Assembly (NCBI GenBank): GCA_963702435.1 | Contig: CAVPCR010000004.1 | Coordinates: forward strand, 416,001 to 480,000 | Length of the DNA: 64,000 nt | DNA from: Candidatus Eiseniibacteriota bacterium | Lineage (GTDB): Bacteria; Eisenbacteria; RBG-16-71-46; CAVPCR01 | Direction of reading: 5' to 3' | Translations under genes and position numbers: made by a program | In this document: positions 62,300 to 64,000 of the stretch, in pieces | How the letters are laid out: each line of letters begins with the position of its first letter | Numbering within the stretch: the stretch's first letter is position 1 | Notes under the pieces: generated by a model | The model's input: only the letters and a program-made list of their open reading frames with translations | Databases searched by the model: none | What the model was told of the DNA's origin: nothing

Positions 62300-64000
62300 A
62301 TGACACAACGACGACTGGTGCATCTCCTCACGGTGGGAATGCTCGTGCTCGGAGCCGGCCGCGGGCTGGCCATCGTCGAGAGCGAGGACACCCACGCGTT
62401 CGACATCACCCTCCCGGAGGCGCCGGAGATCATCGATGCCGCGCCGATCCCGGCCGCGCAGAACGCGGTCGCCGGCATGACGGCGCGTTACGGCGGCTCC
62501 TGGCAGGTAGCGCTCTGGGATCCGCTCGCCCATTCGCCCGATCTCGTGCTCGGTTCGGGCGTGCAGCTCGCGACCGCGCCGCTCGTCAACGACGACGACG
62601 CGGCGGCCGTGGCGTCGACCTTCGTGGCGGCGAACGGCGAGCTCCTCGGCGCGGACAGCGCGGATCTCGTGCTCGACCGCGTGGTCCGCGGCGCCGGCAA
62701 GGTGGCCGTGCACTACGCGCAGCGGTACCACGGGATCCCCGTGATCGGGGGCCGGGTGCGCACCGTCTTCACCGAGAGCGGACGACTCTTCGTCTTCGGC
62801 TCGAGCTTCCACCGCGCGATCGACGTGAACCCGGTGCCGCTCATCACGGCCGCCCAGGCCGAGGGCATCGCGCGCGCGGCGCTGCCGTTCGATTCCGCCA
62901 CCGATCACACGCTCGCCTCGCCCGAGCTCCTCGTGCTGCCGGTGGCGGCCGGGGAGGACGGCACCGAGTACCACCTGGTGTGGCGGACGACCATCGCGAT
63001 CGCCGACCCGTACGGCGCCTGGGTCAGCCACGTGGATGCGCACACGGGGACGATCGTCTGGCGCTATAACGACGTGCACAATGCGTACTCCGGATCGGTG
63101 ACCGGCACCGTGGACGGCCGCCAGGGCTACTGCGAAGGGCCCTTGAGCCCGTCGCCTGGTCTTCGTGACATGTTCATCAACATCAACGGCCTGCCCCAGG
63201 CGACGACCGATCCCAGCGGCAACTTCGCGGTGGCGGGGACCGGCGGCGACCGCGCGATCAACGCCATCTTCGACGGCCCGCAGATCAACGTGAACGACAC
63301 GCAGTTCGGTGATGCTTCCTTCAACGGGACGATCCAGGAGAACGTGCCGCTCACCATCAACTGGACCGATGCGACCCCGTCGCGGCGGGCCGAGCGGGAT
63401 TGCTTCTACTGGATCAACGCCACCAACGCCTACATCAAGAGCATCGATCCCGCCTGGAGCATTCCCAAGCACAGCGCCAACGTCAACGTCAACTCGACCT
63501 GCAACGCCAACTGGACGACGTGGACGATGAACTTCTTCCGCGAGGGCGGCGGCTGCGGCAACACCGGGACCATCAGCGACGTGATGGCGCACGAGTATGG
63601 CCACGGGATCCAGCACTCGCTCCTCGGCAGCCAGGGCTCGGAGGGCTGCGGCGAGGGGAACGGCGACATCGCCGGCAGCTTCATGATCGACGATACGGTG
63701 ATCGGCCGCGGCTTCTACCTGAACAACTGCACGAGCGGGATCCGCGACTGCGAGAACACGCTCCGCTACCCGGAAAACGTCGTCGGTCAGCCGATCCACT
63801 CGGCGGGGCGGGTCCTCTGCGGCTTCAACTGGGACACGCGGCAGGCGCTCGAGGCATCCATGGGACAGGCGGCGGGCAAGGCCCACTGCGCGACCCTGTG
63901 GCACTTCAGCCGGAAGATCCTCCGCGCCGACACCCAGCCCGAGCAGGTGCTCGGCTACTTCATCACCGACGACGACGACGGCAACTTGACCAACGGTACG
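62300..64000 (+). CDS. Large secreted M4/M36-like Zn peptidase (FTP/PepSY propeptide), running off the window
   Basis: GAGGAG RBS, ATG at 62300, signal peptide, VHYAQRYHGIPV, in-frame DVMAHEYGHG...GEGNGD. Confidence 0.82.
   Translation, partial: MTQRRLVHLLTVGMLVLGAGRGLAIVESEDTHAFDITLPEAPEIIDAAPIPAAQNAVAGMTARYGGSWQVALWDPLAHSPDLVLGSGVQLATAPLVNDDDAAAVASTFVAANGELLGADSADLVLDRVVRGAGKVAVHYAQRYHGIPVIGGRVRTVFTESGRLFVFGSSFHRAIDVNPVPLITAAQAEGIARAALPFDSATDHTLASPELLVLPVAAGEDGTEYHLVWRTTIAIADPYGAWVSHVDAHTGTIVWRYNDVHNAYSGSVTGTVDGRQGYCEGPLSPSPGLRDMFININGLPQATTDPSGNFAVAGTGGDRAINAIFDGPQINVNDTQFGDASFNGTIQENVPLTINWTDATPSRRAERDCFYWINATNAYIKSIDPAWSIPKHSANVNVNSTCNANWTTWTMNFFREGGGCGNTGTISDVMAHEYGHGIQHSLLGSQGSEGCGEGNGDIAGSFMIDDTVIGRGFYLNNCTSGIRDCENTLRYPENVVGQPIHSAGRVLCGFNWDTRQALEASMGQAAGKAHCATLWHFSRKILRADTQPEQVLGYFITDDDDGNLTNGT

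Overview
GC-rich bacterial window. FlgD-Ig C-terminal domains and a C-terminal 'TTWGAIK' tag suggest an FCB-type lineage such as Eisenbacteria, Latescibacterota or Krumholzibacteriota (inference). There are three zones. (1) 1-27.5 kb is a mobile mosaic. It holds four direct-orientation copies plus one 431-bp mini-copy of one IS91/ISCR-like HUH rolling-circle element. The direct copies share the 3' end GCTATTGACGAAAGGAAATTCCTATCCCT (one mismatch in copy 3) but have different 5' ends. Three of these ends abut truncated genes, one abuts the mini-copy and two carry extra TATCCCT heptamers, which suggests an array grown by insertion at the element's own ori. Cargo includes a secreted HExxH protease split by a three-gene DDE/ExeA transposon, an alkaline phosphatase, a broken glucosidase/amylase pair, a guaA 3' fragment and a P-type ATPase with a yybP-ykoY riboswitch. 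(2) 27.5-51 kb holds two tandem sigma-54 modules, each an enhancer-binding protein followed by a -24/-12 promoter and envelope genes; an inverted fifth IS copy closes this zone. (3) 53-64 kb looks like core genome: UvrD-nuclease, flippase, NatAB-like ABC transporter, LEA_2, hflX with an apparent ATC start, a candidate sRNA and an M4/M36-like peptidase. Several 1-2 nt frameshifts may be sequencing errors. All family calls come from motif recognition by eye; no searches were run.
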